From Camelus ferus (lineage: Eukaryota): a stretch of DNA of 60,000 nucleotides. The stretch lies in assembly GCF_009834535.1 (NCBI RefSeq), contig NC_045696.1:75332001-75392000 (forward strand), written 5' to 3'. Both the position numbers and the translations under genes were made by a program. The notes under the pieces were generated by a model. It saw only the letters and a list, made by a program, of their open reading frames with translations. It was not told where the DNA came from and searched no databases. Every line of letters begins with the position of its first letter. Positions within the stretch are counted from its first letter, which is position 1. Shown here piece after piece: positions 37,305 to 49,599 of the stretch.

Positions 37305-37740
37305 TTTATTTATTTTTATTAAGAACTCTGCCCGGTAGGTGTTATTTTAACTGTTTTATAGATAATGAGGTGAGTCTCAGACAGGTAAGTGGTTTATTTT
37401 TCAAAATAACACAGCCAGTAGTAAATAACAGAGGCAGAATTAAACAGTTGTCCAACTCCAACTCCAATATTCTTTCTTCTCTACCAGGGACAGTGTAGTA
37501 TAATGGTTATGTTCTAGTCTCAAGTTACTTTGGCTCACTTTCTGCGATTTCCATTTATTAGCTGTTTAATCCTGGACAATTTATTCAACATATCTGTGCC
37601 TCAATGTTCTCATCTAAAAATAGTGAAAATCATGTGATCTTATCAGGTTGTTGTGAGAATTAAATGAAAGAATCAGTGACAAGCTTTTAATATATTAAAC
37701 AGTGCATAATAAAGAACTGGTACATGTCAGCTAGGATTAT
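37305..37740. mobile_element. Two adjacent MIRs in opposite orientation (- about 37305-37480; + about 37490-37740)
   Basis: gtaggtgttattttaactgttttatagataatgagg (antisense core) and tctgtgcctcaatgttctcatctaaaaatag...gttgttgtgagaattaaatga (sense core). Confidence 0.75.
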
Positions 37741-38139
37741 TCTAACATGACTTTGCCTCTGTCATAAACATAAAAGTAAGGCATATTTTAAGATGCTACT
37801 TGGATTCATAGACATTAAAAAAATATCTGACCAGCAACTTGAATGTTGGGAAGGGCCATAAATAAACCAATGTCATTTTAGAAGGCTTGTATGGAGGGGG
37901 TTCTATGACAATTTGTTAGTCTATACCAGAATAGCCTGTCTAAATCATCCATCTAATTCATATGTTCTCTCCAATATACTTCCTGGATGAAAAGTACTTT
38001 TTTCACATCTGTCTCCTCTAATAAGACACTCAGTAACTTAAATCTACATATGAATTGGGGCCATAATATATCCACGTTCTACATTAGTTGCTTAAGAAGT
38101 TTACATTCTTGTCAAAAATGTTTAAAAAATATTTTAACA

Positions 38140-38870
38140 TAAAAAGTGAGAAGTACCATAAGAGAGGTGTAGATTAAACACTGTCGGTGTTTGGAGGTAG
38201 AGAAGATTGCTTCCAGCAGGAGGATGTGGAAAAGCTTTAGAGAAGAGGTAGCATTTGATTGGTGCCTTGACGTAAGAGTAGATTTAGACATGTAGAGATA
38301 ATGGTGAAAGCAATCTAGAGGGGAATAAACCCAGGAGAAATGTAAATAAAGGACAGTGGGAAACAAATGAAAAAAAGTTTTGTTGAAATTAGGTTGTGGG
38401 AATCAGAAGCAGTCTAGGGAGTTTGAATTTTATGCAGAGGCTAAGAGATACAATTGAATATATTTAAGAATAATAGGCCTTGACCTACCCTTTGGAAAAT
38501 AACTCTGGTGGCCATTTACAGACTGGGCCACAGGAGAAAGGGAAGGGGTGAATGAATAAGTTAGGTATCGTGGAAATCCACAGTGAGGTCTGAACTAAGG
38601 TGCTGATGGTGAAAGGGCACATCTGCAATGAACTGCGGAAGTACAATGGGCGGGATCATGCTATGTTTGGATGAGTTTCCAGGGACAGAGAGGCACCTCA
38701 TACATTTAAGCGGTGCAGCTAAGAGGTTGCTGGGAACCTTCAGTAGAAACAGAGACAATAGGAGGAGTAGAATTGACTGAAATCACTGTAAGGATATCGT
38801 TAAATCTGAAGCCCAACCCATAGGACCACCAAGAAGAATGTCCAAAAAGATGTTAGAAAGGGGGAATAAT
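38140..38870 (-). mobile_element. L2 LINE fragment
   Basis: ggaaaagctttagagaagaggtagcatttgattggtgccttga...ggagtttgaattttatgc...ttggaaaataactctggtggc. Confidence 0.65.
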
Positions 38871-40260
38871 GGTCTATCAGAGATGGAAAATAATCACCAT
38901 ATGCAGGGTTCATCATGAGCCTTGGGTTTCTTCTATCACCCTTGTGACTGACTAGTGGCCCCAGTTTCTGGCTATGAATATGTTAGTGGTTTCTCCATTA
39001 ACTATCCTTGTGACCTGCATTTTACTTATGTTAGATTATTTACATACACCAACCCATAGAATGTTAGAATCAGATGGTGTGGGACCTTAGAAACTTTCTC
39101 TGTAAAAGATGAGGAGACTTAAGATCTGTGTCATTAAGTAACCTGTAAAGCTTATTAGGTACTGATGAAGGTTCTGCTCACCTGCCCTCCACCAGTGACA
39201 ATTCTGCTGTGTCATGAGACATGTCTCCCCAAAACACCCCTGTGCCATAAGGTAATTCTGCCCACCCCTGTGTCACAAGAAACTGCTGACCTCAGGAAAA
39301 GAAAAAGCAATGCTCAGAAGAGACCCCAATGGTAGAGAAAGATGATTCTTAGAAAGAGGCCCCAGATGGCTCCCTTGGGTTACTACACAAATTTTGCATA
39401 TTTGTTTCTCCTGAAGAGGAATACAACACTGGAAGGTTCAAGATACTAAGAGGCTTGGGGAGTGCATTTTTCTTTCTCATCATTTTTAAGTCCCCAACAC
39501 ACAGTGATCTCACAAGGCAACTAATTAATGGGTTCCTCTATTTGCATTTGTAAATGATACCTCTGAGAAGCATAATTCATCTAAATTGAAGGGACATTTT
39601 GTTTGAGAAGTAATTTGCCCTGAATCCCTGACTTGGGGTTGGAAAATTGGGAAGAAATGAGACACAGATTTATTGTTGTATCTGACTTGCAGGTTCTGAT
39701 CACATCAACTACTCAAATAATGAATTATTTATTAGATCTAATTTTAAACCTTAAGTCCAACATTACTTTGTAGTTTGGTAAAAATGAACAAACCACAGAC
39801 TGTGTGGGGTGTACAGGTGGAATATCCTTTCTGCATCTTGGAAACAGTGATGTCAACAGAATTATGAAACCCTAGCAGTAACAATTGTTTGTGATACTAA
39901 TGACTATGAATTAGTAGGCAATGAGCAATAATTAAAATATTTGATTATTATAATTATAATAATAAAACATTGACCACACAGTGATTTTTACAATGATAAT
40001 AAGCTAAAGAAATAATTTTATGCCAAAATATAAATATTTAAATGTGGCCATATGGACTCAGGGGTGAATGATTGGTGTGCGAAGGAAACACAGAATGCAT
40101 ATCTGAGTGGAAGGTTTTCCAGCTCTCTGACCTGACCACACAGTCGGGGTGAAGAAGGAATTTTGAAGAAGGAGACTGGTGAGAGCTGTGTTATAAGTGA
40201 CGAGAACCTTGGTGTGGAGAATATTGCAGGATGCCAAATGATATTTCTGTTAATTTACAG

Positions 40261-40368
40261 AAATCTATGAAGTGGAGCCTCTCAGAGCTATTCCACTGCT
40301 GCTGCATCTAAAGCTATCTTTTGCTTTTCCCTCTGTCCGGTGTGAAAACTGAGCTCATTGTGAAGAAG
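40261..40368 (+). other. Candidate non-coding exon (108 nt)
   Basis: Acceptor atttctgttaatttacag|A and donor AAG|gtatgt; stops in all three frames; unique-sequence context. Confidence 0.4.
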
Positions 40369-41789
40369 GTATGTTTTTGTACGTGTGTATGTGTTTTTGT
40401 ATGCGTAACTGTGTGAGGGATACCATAACACTTGAAAGCTGGAAACCCATGTCTGTTGGAGACTTGTCTAAATAACCTGTATGGCCTCATCAGCCTATTG
40501 GTAGGGAGCAAAAAAAATTAATGTTTTGTCTCCCAATTGTGCTCTTAGCTCTCTCCAGTTCAAGCACACTGGTCAAGTACCCTCCCCAAGCAGGTATTTT
40601 GGCTCATCACCTGGGCTGTTGAGCATTTGCTCAATCAAGTCTTTGTCTATGGGCACTGCTGGCCCTTCTCCAGGCTTTGTCTCCTGCTGTGTCCCAGAGC
40701 TGAAAAATCGTACACCAAAGCAGAGACCAGCACCCTTTGATCTCCAGTCCAGGAGCCTCAATATATTCCACATTGGGTGGGAGAGGGGAAACTTTTCCTT
40801 TTCGCTGGGCTCAGACTTTCACCACTGGGCCCTCCACTGCCTCCATCTGTTTCACCCCAGGAGACCACGATCTCCCACCTCAAAGGCCTCTATTAGAGTT
40901 CGCCAGTTCAAGTAAGTAGAGGCCTGTGGTTGCTACATAAATTTGTTACCTTCATCCTGCCTTCTTAAACATTTCTCCTTCAGATCCTGTATCAGAAGGA
41001 TGGCAGTTGTTTATTTTGGCTTTTAAGGAGTGTAGCATTGGGTTTTGCACCACTGGACCAAATTCGGGGTCTTAGTTTGATCCGAGGGTTTAAGAGCATA
41101 TTCTGTGTGCTGCCTTTTCCCCTTGATCTAGACACTCTGCGCTGCAGTGTTGTTGTTATGGGATAAAGGCAGAGGGACACACCCAGCAGTCACACAGGGC
41201 CCTGTGTTTGGTGCCTCTGTTTCGAGATGTGTGCAGTGCCTGAGGCATCATGCTATTTTGTTTCTAAAAGAAACAAAAGCATCAGAATAACATGGTCTTG
41301 CCTCCCAGATGATACGGAATAATTCATGACTTCAATTAAACTGCTCTCAAACCTGTTGCATTGTCAACCTGTTGCAGTGAATGCAAACTAAACAGGCCAT
41401 ATTTTTATTTTAAAGGAAAGCATTTTCTAGGCAAAATTGGAAACCATGCATGATACGAAGCTGTGGCTAGAATCGTTGTTTCCTCCATAGAATTAACAAC
41501 TAGATTCGGTATGCTGGTGATTCTTGTATGGATTAAGAATGATATTAATGCTATTTAAAACGTTTAGTTAAACACAAATTAGTTAGCCAGAGAAGTGGCA
41601 AGAGAATCTGAAATCCAAAAGCTAAATTTTTTTCAGTAGCTTTAGTCCCACATTCTTTCACCAAATCCCTTAATTTGAATTGCAACAAATGGTACATCTG
41701 AGTTTGAGTTTCCTTCTCTAGTTCTTTAAATACTCTGGCTGCAGTCAGGACCCATTATCCATTCATGCATGCATCCATCCAGTGTCCAT

Positions 41790-42276
41790 TAGTGACATAT
41801 CTAAGATCATTTAAAAATCAAAATGGAGTAACTATGGTTCAGTCATCCAAAATGGAGCCAGGTGGCCATTGTGGATGCAATTTCAGACAGGTTCTTGCAT
41901 CCCTGAGAACCTGAATTCTCTGAACTGTATCACATTCAAGGGCACCAGCAGCTATTTTTAAAACAATATCTGCTAGCAGCTGCTAGCTGCAACCTTGTAG
42001 TTTTGAGGTTCCTACCCGCCTCCTCACTTCACAGCTGTTTAATCATTTCAAACCCCACCCAATCCCTGCTTAACAAGTACCCTTAATTCTTGCCAGCTCC
42101 AATCCTAATTCCTGATGAACACTTTATGTAACCTTGTGTTCTTTTGCCTTTATAAATGTTGCCTGTTTTACAGGATATATGTTTTCTGGGCTGCAGTCCT
42201 AATAAACCTCAAATAAATGACTCCCCCCCTTTTTTTGCCTTAACTGTGTCTCTGCTCTTGGAATTCTTGGTTAACA
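41790..42276 (+). mobile_element. ERV1-like solo LTR (about 490 bp)
   Basis: Duplicated caaaatggag near the 5' end, TATA-like tttataaat about 42149, AATAAA at 42201 and 42212, ends ggttaaca; 4-bp TSD-like ccat/ccac; sits within an L2-like tail. Confidence 0.7.
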
Positions 42277-43999
42277 CCACTGTGTGCTATTTGTACCAAA
42301 ATGTGGCAGCAAAAGGGGATCAAGGAATGCCAGCTGGACATGCAGAAGCTGAGTAGTTTTGTTGGCTTGTTGTGGACAGTGGGGTGAAATGCATACAGGC
42401 TCCTTTGGCTAAGAAGCATGGGTGCCCCCGCCTGTTTTCCCAGTGAAACGGTGACTGACAACACTAATAACTTGTCAGTCCCTTTTTGGCCCGTGTTAGG
42501 CAGGAAGCACCACTGTGAATGATGTCTTTCCCTGAAATTTCAGAAGGCAGTGAGAGGCTTATCAGCCATAGAGAGGAATGAAACTCAAGTGGGAAAACAG
42601 CCAAGAAGGTTGGGTAGTGAGTGAGAAGTAATTTTCACCTCCAAAGATCATGTTAAGAACAATAGAAAATGTCTCAGCCTTTTTTGAAGTTCATTTATCT
42701 GAACCCTTTTGAAAGTTAAGCTTCCATCAGGAGTCAGTGGAAAAACTTCCTCTGACTTAGGGATGCTGTGTAGTTTTATTGAATTTTTTGGTTTGGTTTT
42801 TTTGCTTGTAAATAATGCCTCACACAATGACCAGTACTGATGAAGAAGGTGTTCCAGATAATTGTAATTTTCTTCTTAAAACACGAAAGCTGATTGGTTA
42901 GGCTTTCACGGAAATTTTTCTGAAAACTCTTCTGGCATTTTTGACCTCAAGACCAGAGCTCACTAATATTACGGAACAGGTTTCTCAGCAGATCTGAAGC
43001 ACAGGCCCCTATCCTCCACATCAGTTTGCATCTACTGATACATATAATAGCTTCCATTTTGTGTCTGAGAAGGTAAAGATAAGAAAAAAAAGGAAAGAAG
43101 AAGGATGGAGGAAATAGCATGATGTCTGTTATCCTGTCACTTCCTTGGGTTTACTGTAAACTAGTATCTGAAGCCCATGGTATAGCTCTAAGCACCAGAG
43201 GCTAACACAACTGTTTTCAACAAAGAATTTGTGATATTCTAGACCCACCCTAAGCCTGGTTGGGGTTCATGTGAAAAAGCATAGCAAAGAGTTTGGAAGG
43301 GGTCACTCTCTCTGTGACTGTAATTGAAAGATCTCAATAGTCCATGATCTTGCCATTAACAGTTTCTTTATAGGGGAGCTTTTCAAGGGTGGCAATCTTG
43401 TTGGAAGGTGGTGCTAAGACACTTATTTTGAAACTGATATTGTTTCAAACATACATTTTAACCTAGACTGTAGGTTTAGTTAGCAGGGGATTCTTGGAGT
43501 GTTGATGGAAATTGTTAGCGAAGGAAGGAATTAAAGCCTTCACAGGTTATCCCTTGACACTACCTTGCTTGCCATGGTCCTCACATGAACACAAATGGTT
43601 CAGTGGTAGCAGAGTCTCTTAAAGCAACTTCAGGGAAGTGAACTTTGTGGTCATTCATATATGGAAGTAAGGGCAGGAGAGAGGCAATATGGTGGACACT
43701 GGGATAGGGTGAGACCTTCCCTTAGCATAGAGATCCAGAACTATATTAGGGCATAACTATAAAAGTGAATATCTTGGTAACGCTTATTAACATTGGGAGT
43801 ATATTAAATATTATTGCATCATTTTAGATTTCTCAAAACCATTGCCCACATAAGCTGGTTACTGTGTAATGATTTGTAATGCAAATTGCCCTTGAAGGGT
43901 ACAAAATATCCCTTGTTCACTCTAAATGGGCCCAAACTTCTTGAGGGGGTTCAGTTTGTAACCTCACCACATCTCCTTGGTCTTTCATTCACTTCTTGA

Positions 44000-44120
44000 A
44001 TTATCTGTATTCATTGCATATTTCTTTGAGGTCAAATAATTTGTCTTATTGATCTTTATGTATCTATCAGTAGCTGGTACAAAGCTTTTCACATAGCAGG
44101 TACTCAATAAATGTTTTATA
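44000..44120 (+). mobile_element. L2 3' end
   Basis: ttgtcttattgatctttatgtatc...cacatagcaggtactcaataaatgttt. Confidence 0.7.
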
Positions 44121-46789
44121 ACAAAGATGACTGTGATCTTAGAATATTAGTAGCTGTATTCCTCAGAGCAGGACCCTATTTATGTTTTTCTGGACCTCTC
44201 TGATCCATGGCAGAGAGTCCCAATGTGATTTCAGTATCTTAATGCTTCCCAAACCTCCCATCCTCACCCCAACCAAATCAGACCCTACAGATAGGGTCTT
44301 GACTTTGATCTTGACCCAGCCCCCCAGACTTTGATAAAGAATTTGTCTTTTGCCACCCCCTGTTCCTCTGACCCTGAGAGAGATTAATTATACCATCTGC
44401 CTCTGTTAATTTTTCCTACAGAACTGCTTTCGGTTCATCCTTGCCTCTCTATACCACAGAACCTACTATTTATGATAAACAAATCCAGGGAGAGAAAGTG
44501 GTGTGACTATATGTACAACTGTAGGAAAATTTAACACATTCTATAAACACTGAATTACAGTGAGTAATTCAATATGGCTGGTACTAAAAATGCAGGAAGG
44601 AAGTCAAGGAATAGAAATTTGGAAAAATAACTGGGACTTGGAATAAGGAGTTCGGGGTTATGATGCAGATAATTAGGAGATTTAAAAAATATTAGCAAAA
44701 AGGAATGTTCTGAATGAAAATATTCATTACATACATTAAATTTAATTAAATTTACTTCAGTTAAACAAGTGAATATTATATTTCTGCAATCATATCAGGA
44801 GAAGGTACTTAAGTAGACTATAGATCTTATAGGGAAATCAGTCCATATTTTTAGACTATGAGCAATTTAAAACTTAGTGTGTTTTCTCAGATATAAATGT
44901 AATGGTTAAAAAATACACACACAGTTGGAAGTATTCTGTCCAGGGCAACTCAACTAGAATTCTTCAAAAGACATAGGCATTTGAGCATTTCCCTTTCTTT
45001 AGCATGCTTTTCCCTTCCCCCAATCCCAGGAGACAATATAGTCCTCCTTAATACAGAAGCCAGAAAATGACCTCCCTCAGGAGAGTCGAACATATGGAAC
45101 ATATGTTCCTTGAACATATGGGAAAAAAATTTTGCAGTTGCATCTTCCAATAATGGTTCTTCAATTCACTGGAATCATACTCTGAACTTGGAATTTACAA
45201 AAACTCATTGTTTTTTCTATAGTTTTAGACTGTAATTCACTGAGAACATCGCTAGATCACAATCATCAAACCTCATTCTCTAATCTCAGAAGTGATGGTT
45301 AACGTACCTTCACCACTATTTGACCACATTTATTCTCTGATTTGTGTTCTGTGTTACAGGAAGTTAAATGATAAATGCACTTTAATTGGTGAAAACCAGA
45401 ATCGTTATTTTTCCTATCACAGGTTTCCTTTGTAGGAAATATTTATTACAAGATCAAGTGGGGACAGAGTCTGATTCAAAGAGGAAAGCCCAGTGCTCTT
45501 CACTCCTCATGCTCAGTTCTCCTTACAGCATTAAGTATTAATGCAGAATCCAAGAGAGAAGTGTTTAAGGAGGAGGGCGAAGAAAGGTGGTGGCTGGGCT
45601 GGCTAGGGAAGGCTGGCTCTATGAATCACATAATAACCAGTCTCTAGAATCACTCACATTTAAAGTATGGGTATGAATGTATTTTGAAAATGTTGAAACA
45701 TGGAATGAAATCTTATATAGTTAATTTAGCGCTAAGCTGTTTACCTAATTAAAACTAGCTAAATGGTTAGTTTGCACTCACAGACATTGGCCGGAAGATT
45801 CACACTGCTGTTTCTGTACAATTACAGCTGGCTTCTTTAGCATTTTCTAGATTTCAAGTTTCACTTTTGTTCTTGTATCAAAATTTATATTCTTGGTTTT
45901 CCTTTGGAAAATTAGTGACTGAAATACAGGAGCAGAATATTTGATTGCACTGAGTGCTATCTCTTTAATGTCATTCTTAGTCTTTGAGAAGCAACAACTT
46001 ATTCAAATACAATGTTACCCGATTAGCATAATCAGGGTTGAAACGGCTCATATAATACAGGTGGAGATAGAGCAGCATAATAAGCAGCTGTGGGTCTATT
46101 CTTTTCCACCTACGACTGTAAATCAAATGGTCACCCTGATGAGAGAAAGTTGACAAAAGGTTTTCAGGGACAAAGTTGAGGAGGTATCTGAACATTTGGG
46201 AAAGTTGTTTTCTGGAGAATGCAATTATGAAACTGAAATAAGTCAAAATGAGATATTTGTCTGATGCACTGAGAGAACAAATGTGAAAATTCCTTAAAAA
46301 AGGACTAGGGGTTTTGAGTTTCAGCATCAATCTGGAGATGAAGATCCGAACTGAACATGAAAATGTCCTCCTAGGACATTCTAGTATAATTCTCTAAATG
46401 GATATTCAAAGCCATGCAATCAGACTTTGAACTCATTTCAAAGGCAAAATTAATGAAATGACATAGTATAAACTGATCTTAGTATTTTCTTCATAGTGGG
46501 ATATTTAAGAGAAAACAATACCCGATAACCAAGAGATCAGGACAATAATGAATGAATATAAAGGCTTCCAGCTTTCCTTTCTGGTCACTTTTAAAGCTTA
46601 GGCTTTTAATAAAGAGGGAATTAAATAAATCTCAAAGTTTGTCAGTAATCTAGCTGACTCAAGCCTTTAAACCTCAATGAGGCAATCAACAAGTTGGTAT
46701 TAATAGTACTTAATTATTTTACAAAGGATAGGTAAGCATATATAAATTGCTTTTATAATCTCAGATTGCACCATTGGCCAGCGTAAGGT

Positions 46790-47010
46790 AACATAGTTAC
46801 AGTAAACGCTTACCATGTGCCAGGCATTTTACTTACATTATTTTATTCAGTCCTTCCCACAACTGCACATAGAAGCCTTTATTATAATTTTAACTTTATA
46901 GATGAGGAACAAATGTTCAGAAATGTTAAATAAGTTGCTCAGTTCTGACATTTAATCAGTGGCAGAACTGGTGTTCAAATTCAAGTCTGCCTAATTCCAG
47001 GTCCTCTTTG
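46790..47010 (-). mobile_element. MIR SINE
   Basis: cgcttaccatgtgccaggca...tatagatgaggaac...gtggcagaactggtgttcaaattcaagtctgcc. Confidence 0.85.
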
Positions 47011-47239
47011 CTTTTTTGCACAATCTTATGTATTGCCTGAGTGAACATTACCAGCAATGGACGTTTGCAGAAGCTTTTCCTACTATTTTCTGTTTTTCTC
47101 AGTGGTATCTTAGGTTGAACTCAAGTCTCATTTTTTAGGGTAAATCCTGTTGAGGTTTTACCTTTTGCAGCAAATACACATGAAAGGACATGAGCAGAAG
47201 ACCCCTGATTTATCTGAGCAGGGTAGGAAAGTGAACAAA

Positions 47240-47410
47240 GGTGTACTGAGCATATTCTATGTGCCAGGTATGAGGCATATTATCTCTTTGAATCCACCCG
47301 ACAGTCCATTTTGCAGAGGAGGAGGCAGGTTCAGAAAAATTAAGTAACTTGCCCAAATCTGCATAACAAGTAGGTGAAGAGCTGGGATTTGAACCCAAGG
47401 TTGTCTGCCA
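47240..47410 (-). mobile_element. MIR SINE
   Basis: ccattttgcagagg...ttaagtaacttgcccaaatc...agagctgggatttgaacccaagg. Confidence 0.85.
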
Positions 47411-48761
47411 GCCCCATCTCCTCCTCCCCTATTTCACACTGTTCTAGGCCTCATAATGTACAGCCTAAAGAAGGCAAGCTGCTCTCCCTGTTCCTGATAG
47501 AGCTGTTGGTGTAGGTTAGAAAATGGAAAGCTATTTGATTTCTTCTGAGAGGCCCCCCAATTCAAGGTATTGTACAGATTACTAATGTAGAGGGCAGATG
47601 GATCACACTGAATAAATGATAAATCATCTCAGTGAGTATGTTTAAAATGGAGAAATTGACTCTAGGCAATATTACACATTTTCTGCAGTGGAATTGAGCC
47701 ATTTTCTTTAGACACTTTTGTGAAGACATTTTGCAGCTGCTAAAATGAATTTGTGTATTTTCAAACATCTAAGGCAATAATGAGAAACATTTTTTAAAAA
47801 ATTGAGCTGTTCATGGGCTGGGTATCAACCAATAAAGAGATAGAAGAAATAGATACACTGGAAACAGGTATTTTTTTGGTTTTGTTTCTGTTTTAATTCT
47901 CTGAGGCTTGATTAAAGGAAAGCCAGGATCTGCCCTTACTTGAATGCTTGTAGCAGTTTAAATTTGCCCTGGCATGGCTCAAGTCTCCTATGGATGAGGG
48001 GCCTTGGGTGAACTAACAGATCTGGGAATTGGGCCCAGACAGAAATAACAAGTAGGTGCTAATTCACATGAAACTTGAGGCTCTCAAGTAGGCATCTGTG
48101 TCTGATGTAACTTCTCATCCCTGTGGTGCAATTGTCTTTGGGGTATCCTGTGATCTGAGACTTTCTCTCAGGAGAGCTCCTAGGCAGGTGTTCTCCCTGT
48201 GAAACTCTACCTAAGTCTTGCTCAGCACTCAAGGAAAGGGCTACCTAGGGTTTGCTCCATGACATCGTGGTTGGCTCTGACCAGTCATTTTAAGTGCAGG
48301 GCTTGCATACAGTCCATCAGTATTAATTTGTAGATATCTACAGGGCATTTTCCCCTACAGTGAGTACAGAGGCAAACCATGAAGGAAAACTTGGAATGAA
48401 TTATATAAATTTGCTGATCCTTAAATCAAATCCAAACATTACTGTTTTTATTTTCTACTGAACTGAGAAATGAAACAAAGTGTTTTTTTTTTAATTTTTC
48501 ATTAAACCCTAGTGAACTGGTTTGAACCTGTAACTAATTCATTGAACTGGAACCGGATTAAAACATCGAAATATTTTCTAAATCACACGCTAGATATGAG
48601 TCACCTGAATATTATTCAGAGTCCCTGGTGGCAAGTGTTTGTTCACTATCAAAACTAAATTCAAGGCAACGATTTATCCCTGCCGTGTGTCTCTCTGTGT
48701 GGGGACTGTGATGCTGCAAGAGGCAAAGGCATTAGAACAGGGAGAGACAATACCTACTAAA

Positions 48762-48965
48762 TCAGTGCTGCAGACATTTCTTTTAGCTGCAAAATTTTAT
48801 TTTATTAAACAAACTCTGACTCAGAAATTCAATATAAATCAGATAAATGTGATCCTGTGTTGTTTGAAGCAGTGCCTGAAGCTCAAAGCCTAGGCAGCTG
48901 GACTTTCTCTGCTGCCTGTCTAAGGAATACCGACACACAACGGAACACAGTTTGAAAAGCCCTAC
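48762..48965. mobile_element. Ancient hAT-Charlie MER (MER102/MER113-like)
   Basis: cagtgctgcagacatttcttttagc...aatataaatcagataaa...ggaacacagtttgaaaagccct terminus. Confidence 0.6.
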
Positions 48966-49599
48966 ACTAAATATTGTGCAGGATTTGGGTTCTTTGGCTT
49001 CAGCCATTCCTTTGGCATAGATGATTCCTAAGTTCTATTTTGAAATCTCTCCTGAATGCTAATCCACTTCCAATTGTTAGATAGCCATTGTTCATTTAGA
49101 GTCCTTACTGGAGTCTCAGACTTAAAGTCTGATGTTGAATTGATTCTATGTTCTCTCAAACATACTCCTTCTATATTGATTATTTGTGTTAATGTGACCA
49201 CCATTCTTCTGGTTAACCAGGCTTGCAACCCACTTAACTCATTTAAACTTCTTTCTTATATCCAACCAAGAAAGAATCAATGTCCCACCTTGGTATAGTC
49301 CAATCAAAGCACTCTAGGTTGGTGTCAGGCTTGGTCTGTGATAACTTTACTCAGATTTGGGGTGACTAGTGGGATCAGTAAGAGATGCTTGGACAAGGAG
49401 AGGCCAGTAGTTGCCTCAGATGAGGATATGGAGCAAAGCTGAGGGAGCAGTTAGAGAGGTTTTCAGGAGTCACAGCAAGGTCAGTGCTTAAACCGAGGGC
49501 AACTCAGGAGAGCATCATCAGTCAGTGGTGACTGGTTCAACCCCATATGTGTTGAGTCTCAGCTGGGTTGTCTTTAAGGCACTCTGTGGCCTCGGGCAA

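Noticed and set aside
39182..39291. Minus-strand exon-like segment with CAG|gtgagc donor
   Set aside because: The acceptor would be the rare GAG, and the segment looks internally repetitive.
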